Assembly: GCA_041288095.1 (NCBI GenBank) | Contig: JBGGMJ010000137.1 | Span: forward strand, 1 to 22,044 | Direction of reading: 5' to 3' | Source of the DNA: Myxococcota bacterium | GTDB lineage: Bacteria; Myxococcota; XYA12-FULL-58-9; JALHOP01 | DNA: 22,044 nt | In this document: in pieces, positions 1 to 7,859 of the stretch | Position numbering within the stretch: the first letter of the stretch is position 1 | Layout of the letters: the number at the start of each line of letters is the position of its first letter | Program-made: the position numbers and the translations under genes | The notes under the pieces: generated by a model | What the model saw: the letters and a program-made list of their open reading frames with translations, nothing else | Told to the model about the DNA's origin: nothing | Databases searched by the model: none

Positions 1-1
1 G

Positions 2-73
2 GTGGTGCCGATGGTCATCATCGCGATCTATCTCGCCCTGGCGCGGCGCGCTGGAGCCTTCGATGCGCTCTGA
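2..73 (+). CDS. ydcU: 3' end of ABC transporter permease (PotB/YdcU-like), partial at window edge
   Basis: Frame from nt 2 reads [23 protein letters not shown], a hydrophobic helix ending in GAFDAL as in YdcU-type permeases; the next permease starts at 63, overlapping this stop at 71-73. Confidence 0.75.
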   Translation: MVPMVIIAIYLALARRAGAFDAL

Positions 74-866
74 AGCACCACTCGGGCTGCGCTTGCTCTC
101 GGGCAGCGGCTTGCTGTTCCTGCATTTTCCGATCGCCATCATCGCGCTCTACGCGTTCACCACCGAGGACCGCACCTACCAGTTTCCGCCGCCGGGCATG
201 ACGCTGCGCTGGTTCGCTTCGGCGTTCGCGCGCTCGGACATGTGGCAAGCACTCTGGTTGTCGCTGCGTGTTGGCGCCTTGGCGACGTTGATCGCGCTCG
301 TGCTCGGCACGATGGTCGCCGCGGCGATGTTTCGGCGTGGGTTCCACGGTAAGGATGCGCTGACGCTGCTCTTGACGCTGCCGATCGCCCTGCCCGGCAT
401 CATCACCGGTATCGCGCTGCTGTCGAGCTTCAAGCTCGTCGGGCTCACCCCGAGCACGCTCACCATCGTCCTCGGGCACGCGACCTTCTGCATCGTCATC
501 GTCTACAACAACGTCGTCGCGCGGCTGCGGCGCTTGCCCTACAGCATGGTCGAGGCATCGCTCGATTTGGGCGCCGACCCCATGCAGACCTTTCGCCTCG
601 TGGTGTTTCCGCACATGGCGACGTCCCTACTCGCCGGCGGCCTCCTTGCGTTCGCGCTCTCGTTCGACGAGGTCATCGTCACGCTGTTCACCGCCGGAAC
701 GGACCAGACCTTGCCGATTTGGTTCTACGCCGAGCTGTTTCGTCCGCGCGAGCGGCCAATTACCAATGTCGTGGCGTTGCTCGTCATAGCGGTGACGACG
801 ATCCCCATCTTGATCGCGTACCGATTGACGCGCGGCAGTGACGATGTCGCGGGTCTCGGTAAATAG
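63..866 (+). CDS. ydcV: ABC transporter permease, PotC/YdcV family (polyamine-type uptake)
   Basis: About 6 TM helices; N-terminal [14 protein letters not shown]...[14 protein letters not shown] loop ([22 protein letters not shown]); [21 protein letters not shown]. All are typical of PotC/YdcV. Confidence 0.9.
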   Translation: MRSEAPLGLRLLSGSGLLFLHFPIAIIALYAFTTEDRTYQFPPPGMTLRWFASAFARSDMWQALWLSLRVGALATLIALVLGTMVAAAMFRRGFHGKDALTLLLTLPIALPGIITGIALLSSFKLVGLTPSTLTIVLGHATFCIVIVYNNVVARLRRLPYSMVEASLDLGADPMQTFRLVVFPHMATSLLAGGLLAFALSFDEVIVTLFTAGTDQTLPIWFYAELFRPRERPITNVVALLVIAVTTIPILIAYRLTRGSDDVAGLGK

Positions 867-881
867 TCCGCCATAGCGGCC

Positions 882-948
882 GACAAATTTTGTCACCTTG
901 GTGATCGTTTGGCACGATCCCGATAGCACCGATCGAGATCGTCGATCG
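882..948. promoter_or_regulatory. Intergenic cluster of short inverted repeats and GATC sites; candidate operator region
   Basis: GACAAA-T-TTTGTC (882-894), TCACC-TT-GGTGA (893-904), CGATCGA-N5-TCGATCG (930-948); GATC at 903, 916, 931, 937 and 944; an A-rich tract follows at about 962-975. Confidence 0.35.
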
Positions 949-988
949 ATACACGCCATTCAATAAAAAACAAAACCAGGGGGACCTG

Positions 989-1315
989 ATGGCAACGGTT
1001 CGTTTTCCGAACGTGACAGCGACGTGTGTCGTGCCCGGCTCGATCATTGGAGCGCCGGGAAAGGTCACAGCGTATGTGAGCTCAACGGCGAACCTCGTCG
1101 TAGTTACGGATGTTCGCGGGAGCGCCGGCTCCGTGAGCATCGACAGTGACGGCAATGGGAGGCGTGGAGTGTTCAGCATGCCGCTGGACGCCCCGCACCT
1201 TCGCAGAGCCGCGGGGGCCGCGCGAACCTGTGCGTCGGGATTGAACGAACCCAAGCGCACGAGCGTCCGTACGATCGGGCGCAGGCTCGATGAGCTTGCG
1301 GCGTCACGCACGTGA
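989..1315 (+). CDS. Hypothetical protein (108 aa; beta-rich N-half, helical basic C-half)
   Basis: ATG preceded by an AGGGGG Shine-Dalgarno-like run and an A-rich enhancer; fills the gap between ydcV and the lipoprotein gene; no family recognised. Confidence 0.55.
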   Translation: MATVRFPNVTATCVVPGSIIGAPGKVTAYVSSTANLVVVTDVRGSAGSVSIDSDGNGRRGVFSMPLDAPHLRRAAGAARTCASGLNEPKRTSVRTIGRRLDELAASRT

Positions 1316-1341
1316 GATCTATCTGAGGTAGTGGAGGCTCG

Positions 1342-1713
1342 ATGCGGACGAGACTATGCGTGCTGGCGCTCGTGCTGGGTGGTTCGTGGATCGTCGCCTG
1401 TGACGATGACTGCGGCGATGCCGAGCGCGCGGCCCTAGAGATCGTCGTCGTTGACTCGAGCACCGGCGCGGAGATCTGCGAAGCGGTCGTGACGGTAAGC
1501 GATGGCGCATTCGAGGAAGTGTTCGACCGTGATGTCGAGTGCGAGCAGGTGCCGAGCGGCGTGTTCTCCGCCGCACCTGGTCGCGCCGGCACGTACAGCA
1601 TCACGGTGACCCATCCCGACTACGCGACGCCGTCCGTTCCGGCGGTCGTCGTCCCTAGCGGCGAGTGCGGGCCGGTGACGCAGTCCGTGCTCGTCGAGAT
1701 GCAGCCGCTCTAA
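1342..1713 (+). CDS. Putative lipoprotein with a carboxypeptidase-regulatory-like (transthyretin-like beta-sandwich) domain
   Basis: GGAGG RBS at about 1333; signal peptide MRTRLCVLALVLGGSWIVA-C20 with a lipobox-like IVAC; pattern IVVVDSSTG..I..AVVTV...GTYSITVTHPDY; four further Cys. Confidence 0.75.
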   Translation: MRTRLCVLALVLGGSWIVACDDDCGDAERAALEIVVVDSSTGAEICEAVVTVSDGAFEEVFDRDVECEQVPSGVFSAAPGRAGTYSITVTHPDYATPSVPAVVVPSGECGPVTQSVLVEMQPL

Positions 1714-2435
1714 CCCTCGAAGGTCACCGCGTAGAGGTGTGGGAATTCCCCGGTCGGTTCGTTGGCGTGCCAGAGGTCGAGGCCCAGGACCGCGGCTGGA
1801 GTGGCACGTTCGCCCATGTCCGCGATAGCGGCTGATGCGTAGGGCCGCCCTTCGCTCTCGTTCTCGAGCCAAGCCTGCGCACCCGCGCGATCCCCGCGCA
1901 TGACCCACATGGCATAGCGGAGCTGGTTCACAAAGGAGTGGCGGGCAGCCCACTTGCCGTGGAAGTCCGCGAGCACAGGTTCGACGACGGCGCTGCTATC
2001 ACTCTTCAAGACCGTGAGACTCACCGCGATGGCGCCGGCACACTGTGCGAGCTCGTAGTGCACCGCCTCATCGGCCACGGCGGTTAACGCCGCGTTCAGC
2101 TCGGGGACCACTTCGCTGGCATTCAGGTGAGCCAACGCGACCGCTGCCGCGGACACACCAATGAAGTTGGCGTCCAAGCCGGGCTGGCCCCCTTCGCGTC
2201 TTTCGCCGCGCCAAAGCGCAGCTTGAAGACCCGCACGGAGCATCTGCACGATCTCGGCGTGGCGTGCCCGATGACGCTTGCCGATCACCGCCAACGCCCT
2301 GACCAAGTCACCGCGGGAAGAATAGTACGGCGACGCGAATTGGGCCTGCGCGAGCGCGACGATGCGCTCCTCGTCTTCCGGGCGTTCGGACCTCAAGACC
2401 CGCGGAAGCTCGCTATACGTGATGGAGACGGACAT
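1710..2435 (-). CDS. Hypothetical alpha-helical (HEAT-like) protein
   Basis: 241-aa ORF of Ala/Leu-rich amphipathic helices (SAAAVALAHLNASEVVPELNAAL; ASAAIADMG); its stop overlaps the lipoprotein stop convergently at 1710-1713. Confidence 0.6.
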   Translation of the reverse strand: MSVSITYSELPRVLRSERPEDEERIVALAQAQFASPYYSSRGDLVRALAVIGKRHRARHAEIVQMLRAGLQAALWRGERREGGQPGLDANFIGVSAAAVALAHLNASEVVPELNAALTAVADEAVHYELAQCAGAIAVSLTVLKSDSSAVVEPVLADFHGKWAARHSFVNQLRYAMWVMRGDRAGAQAWLENESEGRPYASAAIADMGERATPAAVLGLDLWHANEPTGEFPHLYAVTFEG

Positions 2436-2465
2436 GCGGAACTTTCACACGCAACCTGGGTCAGG

Positions 2466-2849
2466 TCACCCGCGGCGCTTGGCTGCTGCACGCTTCTTCG
2501 CTTCCGCGGCGCGGACCTTGGCAATCCGCGTGATCAACTTTACCGGTACTTTTTCCGCGTAGTCGAAGTGAATCGACGCCTTGTTGTGAATACGATCGCC
2601 GAGCTCGTCGCCCATGGTGTCGAGGAGCACGCCGGTCGCCGGATAGATTGAGTAGTGCTTCTGAAAGCCCGCGAAGTAGAGGACCATCTCGCCGTCGACC
2701 TTGTAGACAGGGATGCCATACGAGATCCCCTCCTCGGCGCGGGGCAGCGCTTTGCGGATCACCGCGCGGACCTGGGCTAGCACCGAGCGACGATCAGGCG
2801 GATGCGCCGCTAGATACTCGGTGACGGATTTGAAGGCGGGTCTCGCCAT
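2466..2849 (-). CDS. DUF1801 / YdhG-like (iron-chaperone-like) protein
   Basis: SVTEYLA..P...R..L..VR.VIR.A.P.AEEGISYGIPVYK...YFAGFQKHYSIYP...KASIHF....VP..LI is the DUF1801 pattern; AGGAG RBS at 2857-2861 on the minus strand. Confidence 0.85.
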   Translation of the reverse strand: MARPAFKSVTEYLAAHPPDRRSVLAQVRAVIRKALPRAEEGISYGIPVYKVDGEMVLYFAGFQKHYSIYPATGVLLDTMGDELGDRIHNKASIHFDYAEKVPVKLITRIAKVRAAEAKKRAAAKRRG

Positions 2850-2870
2850 CGACAGTCTCCTGTTCGGAAA

Positions 2871-3377
2871 CTATCTCCCGACCGGCTGTGGAGGCGAGAG
2901 GCGCGTGAACGCGAGCTGCAGGTTGTTCGCGACCCTTTTGCGGTCCGGAGCCGCCAGCTGGCGGTCGACGCCCACTGAGCGCAGTGCGGCGGGTAGCTCT
3001 TGGTGGCTTACGCAGAGATCGGCGTCGGCATCGCCGGTGTACAGCGCCGCCGCGGCGCGCTGGCGACCAAAGGCATTCAGCTCGTGGAGGCTCTCGACCA
3101 TCTTCTGATGCGGGACGCCGCTGGTGCACTGCTCCGGCGAGCCGAGGCGTGTGAACACTTCGTGGATGGCGTTGATCACGGCGTTGCGGTCGGGGGCGCT
3201 GAGCTGACGATCCACGGAGACCACGCGGACGACGGCGGCGAGCTCATCATGGCTCAAGCGCAAGTTGCTGTCGCCGTCTCCGGCGAAAAGCGCGGCAGCG
3301 GCGCGCTGCTTGCCGAAGGTGTTGAGACCCTGAATGTTGTCGAGGATATCTCGGTGGGCGATGCGGATGTCGGCCAT
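2871..3377 (-). CDS. Hypothetical protein made of two 82-aa tandem repeats, each with an EF-hand-like loop
   Basis: GGAG RBS; aa 8-81 and 90-163 align without gaps at 39/74 identity (hand count); loops DGDSNLRLSHDE and DADADLCVSHQE. Confidence 0.8.
   Translation of the reverse strand: MADIRIAHRDILDNIQGLNTFGKQRAAAALFAGDGDSNLRLSHDELAAVVRVVSVDRQLSAPDRNAVINAIHEVFTRLGSPEQCTSGVPHQKMVESLHELNAFGRQRAAAALYTGDADADLCVSHQELPAALRSVGVDRQLAAPDRKRVANNLQLAFTRLSPPQPVGR
2889..3356 (-). repeat. Intragenic tandem duplication, period 246 bp
   Basis: Unit 1 at about 3135-3356 and unit 2 at about 2889-3110; conserved blocks LN.FG.QRAAAAL, VDRQL.APDR and FTRL. Confidence 0.85.
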
Positions 3378-3461
3378 GGCGGTCTCCAGAGAGTATGGTG
3401 GAGCGCCGTTATCGCGACTTGGTGACCGACGTTGCCGGAGGCGACGGGTGCCAGCCCTGCA

Positions 3462-3977
3462 CTAGCTCACGTCGACGATGGTCCACTCACGCAGCTCGCC
3501 GTTGATGGTGACGTCGATGACGTCGCCGGCGCGCTTACCCAAGAGGCTCTTCCCGAGCGGGGACCACGGCGTAATCACGGAGATGAAGCCGTCGCCACCT
3601 GGGCCGGTGAGCTCGGTGCCGGCGCCTACCGGCAGGAGCATGAGCGTGCGTTCTTCGCCGTCGCCGTTGTCGTTGTCGATCGCCACGTCGACCATGGCGC
3701 CGATGCCGATGGGGCTCTTAGAATTGAACTGCGGCAGCTCACGCAGCGCGAACTTGCCGAGCACCTCGAGCTCTTCGCTCGCTCTTCGCATGCGGATGGC
3801 GTGACCCTTGGCGAGGCTGCCGAACTCGACGGCGGCGCGGGCGTCTTCTCGCTTTTCCGCTTCGGTGGCCATGTGCGCGGCGGCGTCACCGGCGTCGATG
3901 GCCGTACGTTTGGCGTTGCCGAGGAGCTCGGTGTAGCGGGCTTGGAGTTGTTCGATGAAGAAACGCTTCGGCGCCAT
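3462..3977 (-). CDS. GreA/GreB-family transcription elongation factor (non-canonical subfamily)
   Basis: N-terminal coiled-coil hairpin; C-terminal Gre domain IGIGAMVDV...VITPWSPLGKSLLGKRAGDVIDV.ING..REWTIVDV; lacks the canonical GDLSENAEY tip. Confidence 0.85.
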   Translation of the reverse strand: MAPKRFFIEQLQARYTELLGNAKRTAIDAGDAAAHMATEAEKREDARAAVEFGSLAKGHAIRMRRASEELEVLGKFALRELPQFNSKSPIGIGAMVDVAIDNDNGDGEERTLMLLPVGAGTELTGPGGDGFISVITPWSPLGKSLLGKRAGDVIDVTINGELREWTIVDVS

Positions 3978-4026
3978 GATACCCGCAGGTTAACGCGGGC
4001 CGGCGGCAAACAAAAAAAACCGGCGC

Positions 4027-5151
4027 TCAGGCGAGGACGATGCCGCGCTTGACGAGGTCGTCGGCATCGCGGCCGAGCTCGCGCAAGATGGCACGGGTGT
4101 CCTGGCCCACGTTTGGCGGGGCGGCGTTGAGCGTCGCGGGGGTCTTGGTGAGCTTGGGCGCCGGCGCTGGTTGAGCGACTCCATCGACCTCGACGAACGT
4201 CTTGCGCGCGGCGTTGTGGGGATAGCTCGGCGCTTCGGCGATGGAGAGAACCGGAAAGACACAGGCGTCGGTGTCCGTGAAAATGGACTCCCACTCGGCG
4301 CGGGTCTTGGTCGCGAATACGACCTCGAGCTGCGCGCGCTGGGCCGGCCACTCGTCGGGGTCGAGCATGTTGATGTCTGGAGAGAGGCCGAGGCGCTCGA
4401 GGAAGATGGCGCGGAACTGCGGCTCGATGGGGCCGACAGCGACGTGTTTGCCGTCTTGGGTGGTGTAGACGTTGTAGAACGGGGCGCCGCCGTCGAGGAG
4501 GTTGGTCGCGCGCGTGTCGTTCCAGAGCCCAGCGGCGCGCATCGCCATGACCGCGGTCATGAGCACGGCGGAGCCGTCGATCATGGCGGCGTCGACGACC
4601 TGGCCCATCCCGGTGCGCTGCGCGTGAAACGCGGCGGCGAGGACACCGAACGCCAGCATCATGCCGCCACCGCCGAAGTCACCGACGAGATTGGCGGGAA
4701 TGGCGGGACGCTCCGGCGTACCGAGCATCCCCAACACTCCCGAGAGAGCGATGTAGTTGATGTCGTGACCGGCGCGTTGCGCCAGCGGGCCGTCCTGGCC
4801 GAAGCCGGTGATGCGGCCGTAGACCAGGCGTGGGTTCAACGCCAGGCACACGTCGGGCCCGAGACCGAGCCGTTCCATGACGCCGGGACGGTGGCCCTCG
4901 ATGATGATGTCCGCTTTAGCGACAAGCTCGAGCGCGATGGCGACGCCTTCGGGGTGCTTGAGGTCGATGGCGATGGAGCGCTTGCCGCGATTCAACACGT
5001 CACGCCCGAGCTCGGTGGTGAGGCCGCGCTTGGCGACCGGGCGCTCGATGCGTACGACGTCGGCGCCAAAATCCGCGAGCATCATGCCGCAGAACGGCGC
5101 TGGACCGATGGCGGCGAGCTCGAGCACCTTGAGGCCTTTCAGGGCGCTCAC
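4027..5151 (-). CDS. CaiB/BaiF family III CoA-transferase, alpha-methylacyl-CoA racemase (Mcr/AMACR)-like
   Basis: LKGLKVLELAAIGPAPFCGMMLADFGADVVRIE, LNRGKRS, RPGVMERLGLGP, GHDINY (catalytic His) and NLVGDFGGGG (catalytic Asp); the GTG start overlaps the upstream stop (GTGA 5148-5151). Confidence 0.92.
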   Translation of the reverse strand: MSALKGLKVLELAAIGPAPFCGMMLADFGADVVRIERPVAKRGLTTELGRDVLNRGKRSIAIDLKHPEGVAIALELVAKADIIIEGHRPGVMERLGLGPDVCLALNPRLVYGRITGFGQDGPLAQRAGHDINYIALSGVLGMLGTPERPAIPANLVGDFGGGGMMLAFGVLAAAFHAQRTGMGQVVDAAMIDGSAVLMTAVMAMRAAGLWNDTRATNLLDGGAPFYNVYTTQDGKHVAVGPIEPQFRAIFLERLGLSPDINMLDPDEWPAQRAQLEVVFATKTRAEWESIFTDTDACVFPVLSIAEAPSYPHNAARKTFVEVDGVAQPAPAPKLTKTPATLNAAPPNVGQDTRAILRELGRDADDLVKRGIVLA

Positions 5152-7859
5152 GAAGCGAGCCTCAGGCCGGCGGGCAACGAATCACCGAGAATCCGCGCGG
5201 CGTCCTTGGCTTCCACGTTCGCGGGGCGTGTCAGCAGCTCCTGCCAGGAGGCCGACGCTTTGATGGCGCGCAGACGCTCGGCGACCCGCTCGCGTAGGCC
5301 GGCGTCGACATCGGTGCTCGCTTGTGGAGAGCGGCGCGCGAGGAGCACGGCGGCGAAGCTCGCGCCTTCGGCCTTGGCCCAGTCGAGCGCGAGAAGCTTC
5401 TCGAGCCATTCGGTCGCAACGCTGACGCGGACAACCTGCGAAGGATCATAGCCGCTCGAGGGCACACGATTTCCCAGACGGCCGAGCGTCAGCCACGAGG
5501 TGGGCTTGGCGAGGAACCAGGTGCCGGCTTGTTCCTTCGCGGCCGCGGAAACACGCTCGAGCGCGGCCGCGAGCTGCAGCATCTCGACGGCGCCGTGCAG
5601 ACGCGTACCCGTGGTCGGCGGTGTCGGCCCCAGCCACGGTGCGAGCTCCGCGAAGAGGGCACGTTGCTCGTTGGCGCCGAGCCCCTGCGCGATGCGCCGG
5701 AAGACGATCCACCATTCGGAGAAGTTGCCCTTCGACGCGTGCTTCAAGCCTTCGCCGCGCACCTTCCACATCGCCGCGACCCGCGCGGCGTCACCGTCGG
5801 CGCCGATGCCGGGGCGCAAGCACCAACCCACGAGACGCAGCCAGGCGAGCTCATGGGCTTCACTGCGACCGCGATTGCCGGCGCGCTCGAGAGCAACGTC
5901 CGCCAGCGCCCGACAGGTCACCGCGGTCCATTCGCCGCGTGGACCCAAGAGATCGTCGAGATCGTTGCGCAGGCTCTTCGCGGCGTCGACGTTGGCTTCG
6001 GGATCGGGCTTGGCGAAGATGCGCTCGACCAGGCGCCGCGCGTCTCCGAAACGCTCGGGGAGCTTCTCGGCCTTGGCCGTGGCTGCCGCCGGTGCAACCG
6101 GAGCCGCCGGTGGCGGTGCTTCGAGAGCAAACTCGAGCTGCCAACGTTGCGGTGGGAGCTGCACCGTCGCGAGGAACATACCGAGGGCGCCGGTGTCGCT
6201 GAGGCTCGCGGTCAGGCGCACAGCTACGCCGCCCGTCGCCGAGAGCTTGAGATCGGTGCCGCGCGCGCGCAGCACCGCTTCGAGTTGCGGCAAGATCTCG
6301 AGATTCGCGACATCACCCACGAGATCGCCTGGCGTGTCGGTACGGTCCGTTGCAGCGTACAAGGGAAAACCGACGCGTCGATCGAGAGCCAGCTCGAAGA
6401 CGCGCCCGCTGACGTCGATGCTGGTGCCCTCGTCCATGCCGCGCGGTGTGATGCAGAGCGCCTGCCGCACGCCCTGTGCGTCGTCGACGCCGATATAGTA
6501 GGCGCGGGCCGCGCCGCCGGTGATGACGCTACCGACACCCCGACGCGCAAGAGCGAAGCGAGCCGCTCCACGTGCGACCGCGGTGTCGAGCGAGGTGTGC
6601 GCGAGAAACCGCACCGGTGCGGCGTACCAACCGTTGAGCACCTCGGCGAAGCGCGTGACCAACGCCTTGCCGTTGAACACACCGCCGTTGAGCAACACCG
6701 CATCCGGACGGGGGGCGCTGTGCTTCTTCAAGAAGGCCGCGACGTGACGTGGGATGGCCGCATCGGTGACGTATGGCAGCCCGAGGGTGGTGAGCCCTGC
6801 CCTGCCACCACCGCCGGCGACATCGTCGAGCTTGGTGTGCGGCACGAAGCCGTCGACCAGCACGCGCAAGGCATCGTCGCGGTGGATGGTGATGCTACGG
6901 CTGCCACCGATGAGGCGGGAACCGCGAGCCTGCATGGTGACGACGACCTCTTCGGGTGGATTGTCGCCGAGCAGCCGCTCTTTGGCGTCGCGGCAAGCTT
7001 GCACCAGCGCCGACCATTCGCTCGGATCGAGGCTCTTGTTGCCGCCGTCCTTCTCGAGCGCGTGATGCGCGAGCGCGGCATCCATGTTGTCGCCGCCGAG
7101 CATGAGGTGACCGCCGACCGCGATGCGCTCGAGGCGCGGTTTGCCGTGCGACGTGGCATCGGCGGGCAAGACACGCACGAGGGTGAGATCGGTGGTGCCA
7201 CCGCCGACGTCGACGACGAGGATGAGCTTCGCGTCGGCGAGGGTGCTCGCGAGCTGCTCGTCGTTTTCGCCGATGAAGTCGTAGAGGGCGGCCTGAGGCT
7301 CTTCGATCAGCCGGATGTCACCGAGCCCGGCGAGCTTCGCGGCCTCGGTGGTGAGCTCGCGGGCGCTTTCGTCGAAGGACGCGGGCACGGTGACGACGAC
7401 GTCCTGCTGGGCGAGCGGCGCCTCGGGATGCTCGGCGTCCCAAGCCGCCTTGAGATGCGACAGGTAGTCGACCTGGGCGTCGAAGGGCGAAAGATGCGGG
7501 GCGTCGTCGGGCGCGCCCCAGGGGAGAATCGCGGCCTTGCGATTCACTCCGCCATAGCAGATCCAGCTCTTGGCGGACGCGACCAAGCGGCTCGGCACCT
7601 TGGCGCCGAGGCGGCGGGCCAGCTCTCCGGCGATGCGCGGCGTGGTGCCCCAGGGCAGAGCGCGGTCGTGATCAGCGAGCTCGGCGTCCGCTGGAATGTA
7701 CGTGAAAGACGGCAACAGCGGTCGCGACGCGATTTCACCGGGGGCGATGAGCTGCGGCACGGCGATGACGGCCACACGCGGCCGGTCGAGTCGACTCGCG
7801 GCGACCACGCAGTGGGTGGTGCCGAGATCGATACCGACGGCATAGGCGGGCGCGGTCAT
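5148..7859 (-). CDS. Atypical Hsp70-family protein with long C-terminal helical extension (DUF3731-like)
   Basis: GIDLGTT, VVVTVPASFD, IEEPQAA, VVDVGGGTTD, LGGDNMD and VLLNGG of the Hsp70 ATPase domain; no canonical DnaK substrate-binding lid; C-terminal ~300 aa with WLRLVGWCLRPGIG..GD..RV and EWWIVFRRIA.GL...EQ. Confidence 0.88.
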   Translation of the reverse strand: MTAPAYAVGIDLGTTHCVVAASRLDRPRVAVIAVPQLIAPGEIASRPLLPSFTYIPADAELADHDRALPWGTTPRIAGELARRLGAKVPSRLVASAKSWICYGGVNRKAAILPWGAPDDAPHLSPFDAQVDYLSHLKAAWDAEHPEAPLAQQDVVVTVPASFDESARELTTEAAKLAGLGDIRLIEEPQAALYDFIGENDEQLASTLADAKLILVVDVGGGTTDLTLVRVLPADATSHGKPRLERIAVGGHLMLGGDNMDAALAHHALEKDGGNKSLDPSEWSALVQACRDAKERLLGDNPPEEVVVTMQARGSRLIGGSRSITIHRDDALRVLVDGFVPHTKLDDVAGGGGRAGLTTLGLPYVTDAAIPRHVAAFLKKHSAPRPDAVLLNGGVFNGKALVTRFAEVLNGWYAAPVRFLAHTSLDTAVARGAARFALARRGVGSVITGGAARAYYIGVDDAQGVRQALCITPRGMDEGTSIDVSGRVFELALDRRVGFPLYAATDRTDTPGDLVGDVANLEILPQLEAVLRARGTDLKLSATGGVAVRLTASLSDTGALGMFLATVQLPPQRWQLEFALEAPPPAAPVAPAAATAKAEKLPERFGDARRLVERIFAKPDPEANVDAAKSLRNDLDDLLGPRGEWTAVTCRALADVALERAGNRGRSEAHELAWLRLVGWCLRPGIGADGDAARVAAMWKVRGEGLKHASKGNFSEWWIVFRRIAQGLGANEQRALFAELAPWLGPTPPTTGTRLHGAVEMLQLAAALERVSAAAKEQAGTWFLAKPTSWLTLGRLGNRVPSSGYDPSQVVRVSVATEWLEKLLALDWAKAEGASFAAVLLARRSPQASTDVDAGLRERVAERLRAIKASASWQELLTRPANVEAKDAARILGDSLPAGLRLAS

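Noticed and set aside
909..925. Sigma54 promoter (TTGGCACG)
   Set aside because: The -24 element matches, but the required TTGC/GC at -12 is missing (CGAT instead).
4008..4040. Classical intrinsic terminator after the CoA-transferase
   Set aside because: U-tract is present but only 3-bp stems precede it; kept as a possible pause/attenuation element instead.
4171..5451. 426-aa + strand ORF and other overlapping alternative frames
   Set aside because: Antisense to the well-supported CoA-transferase.
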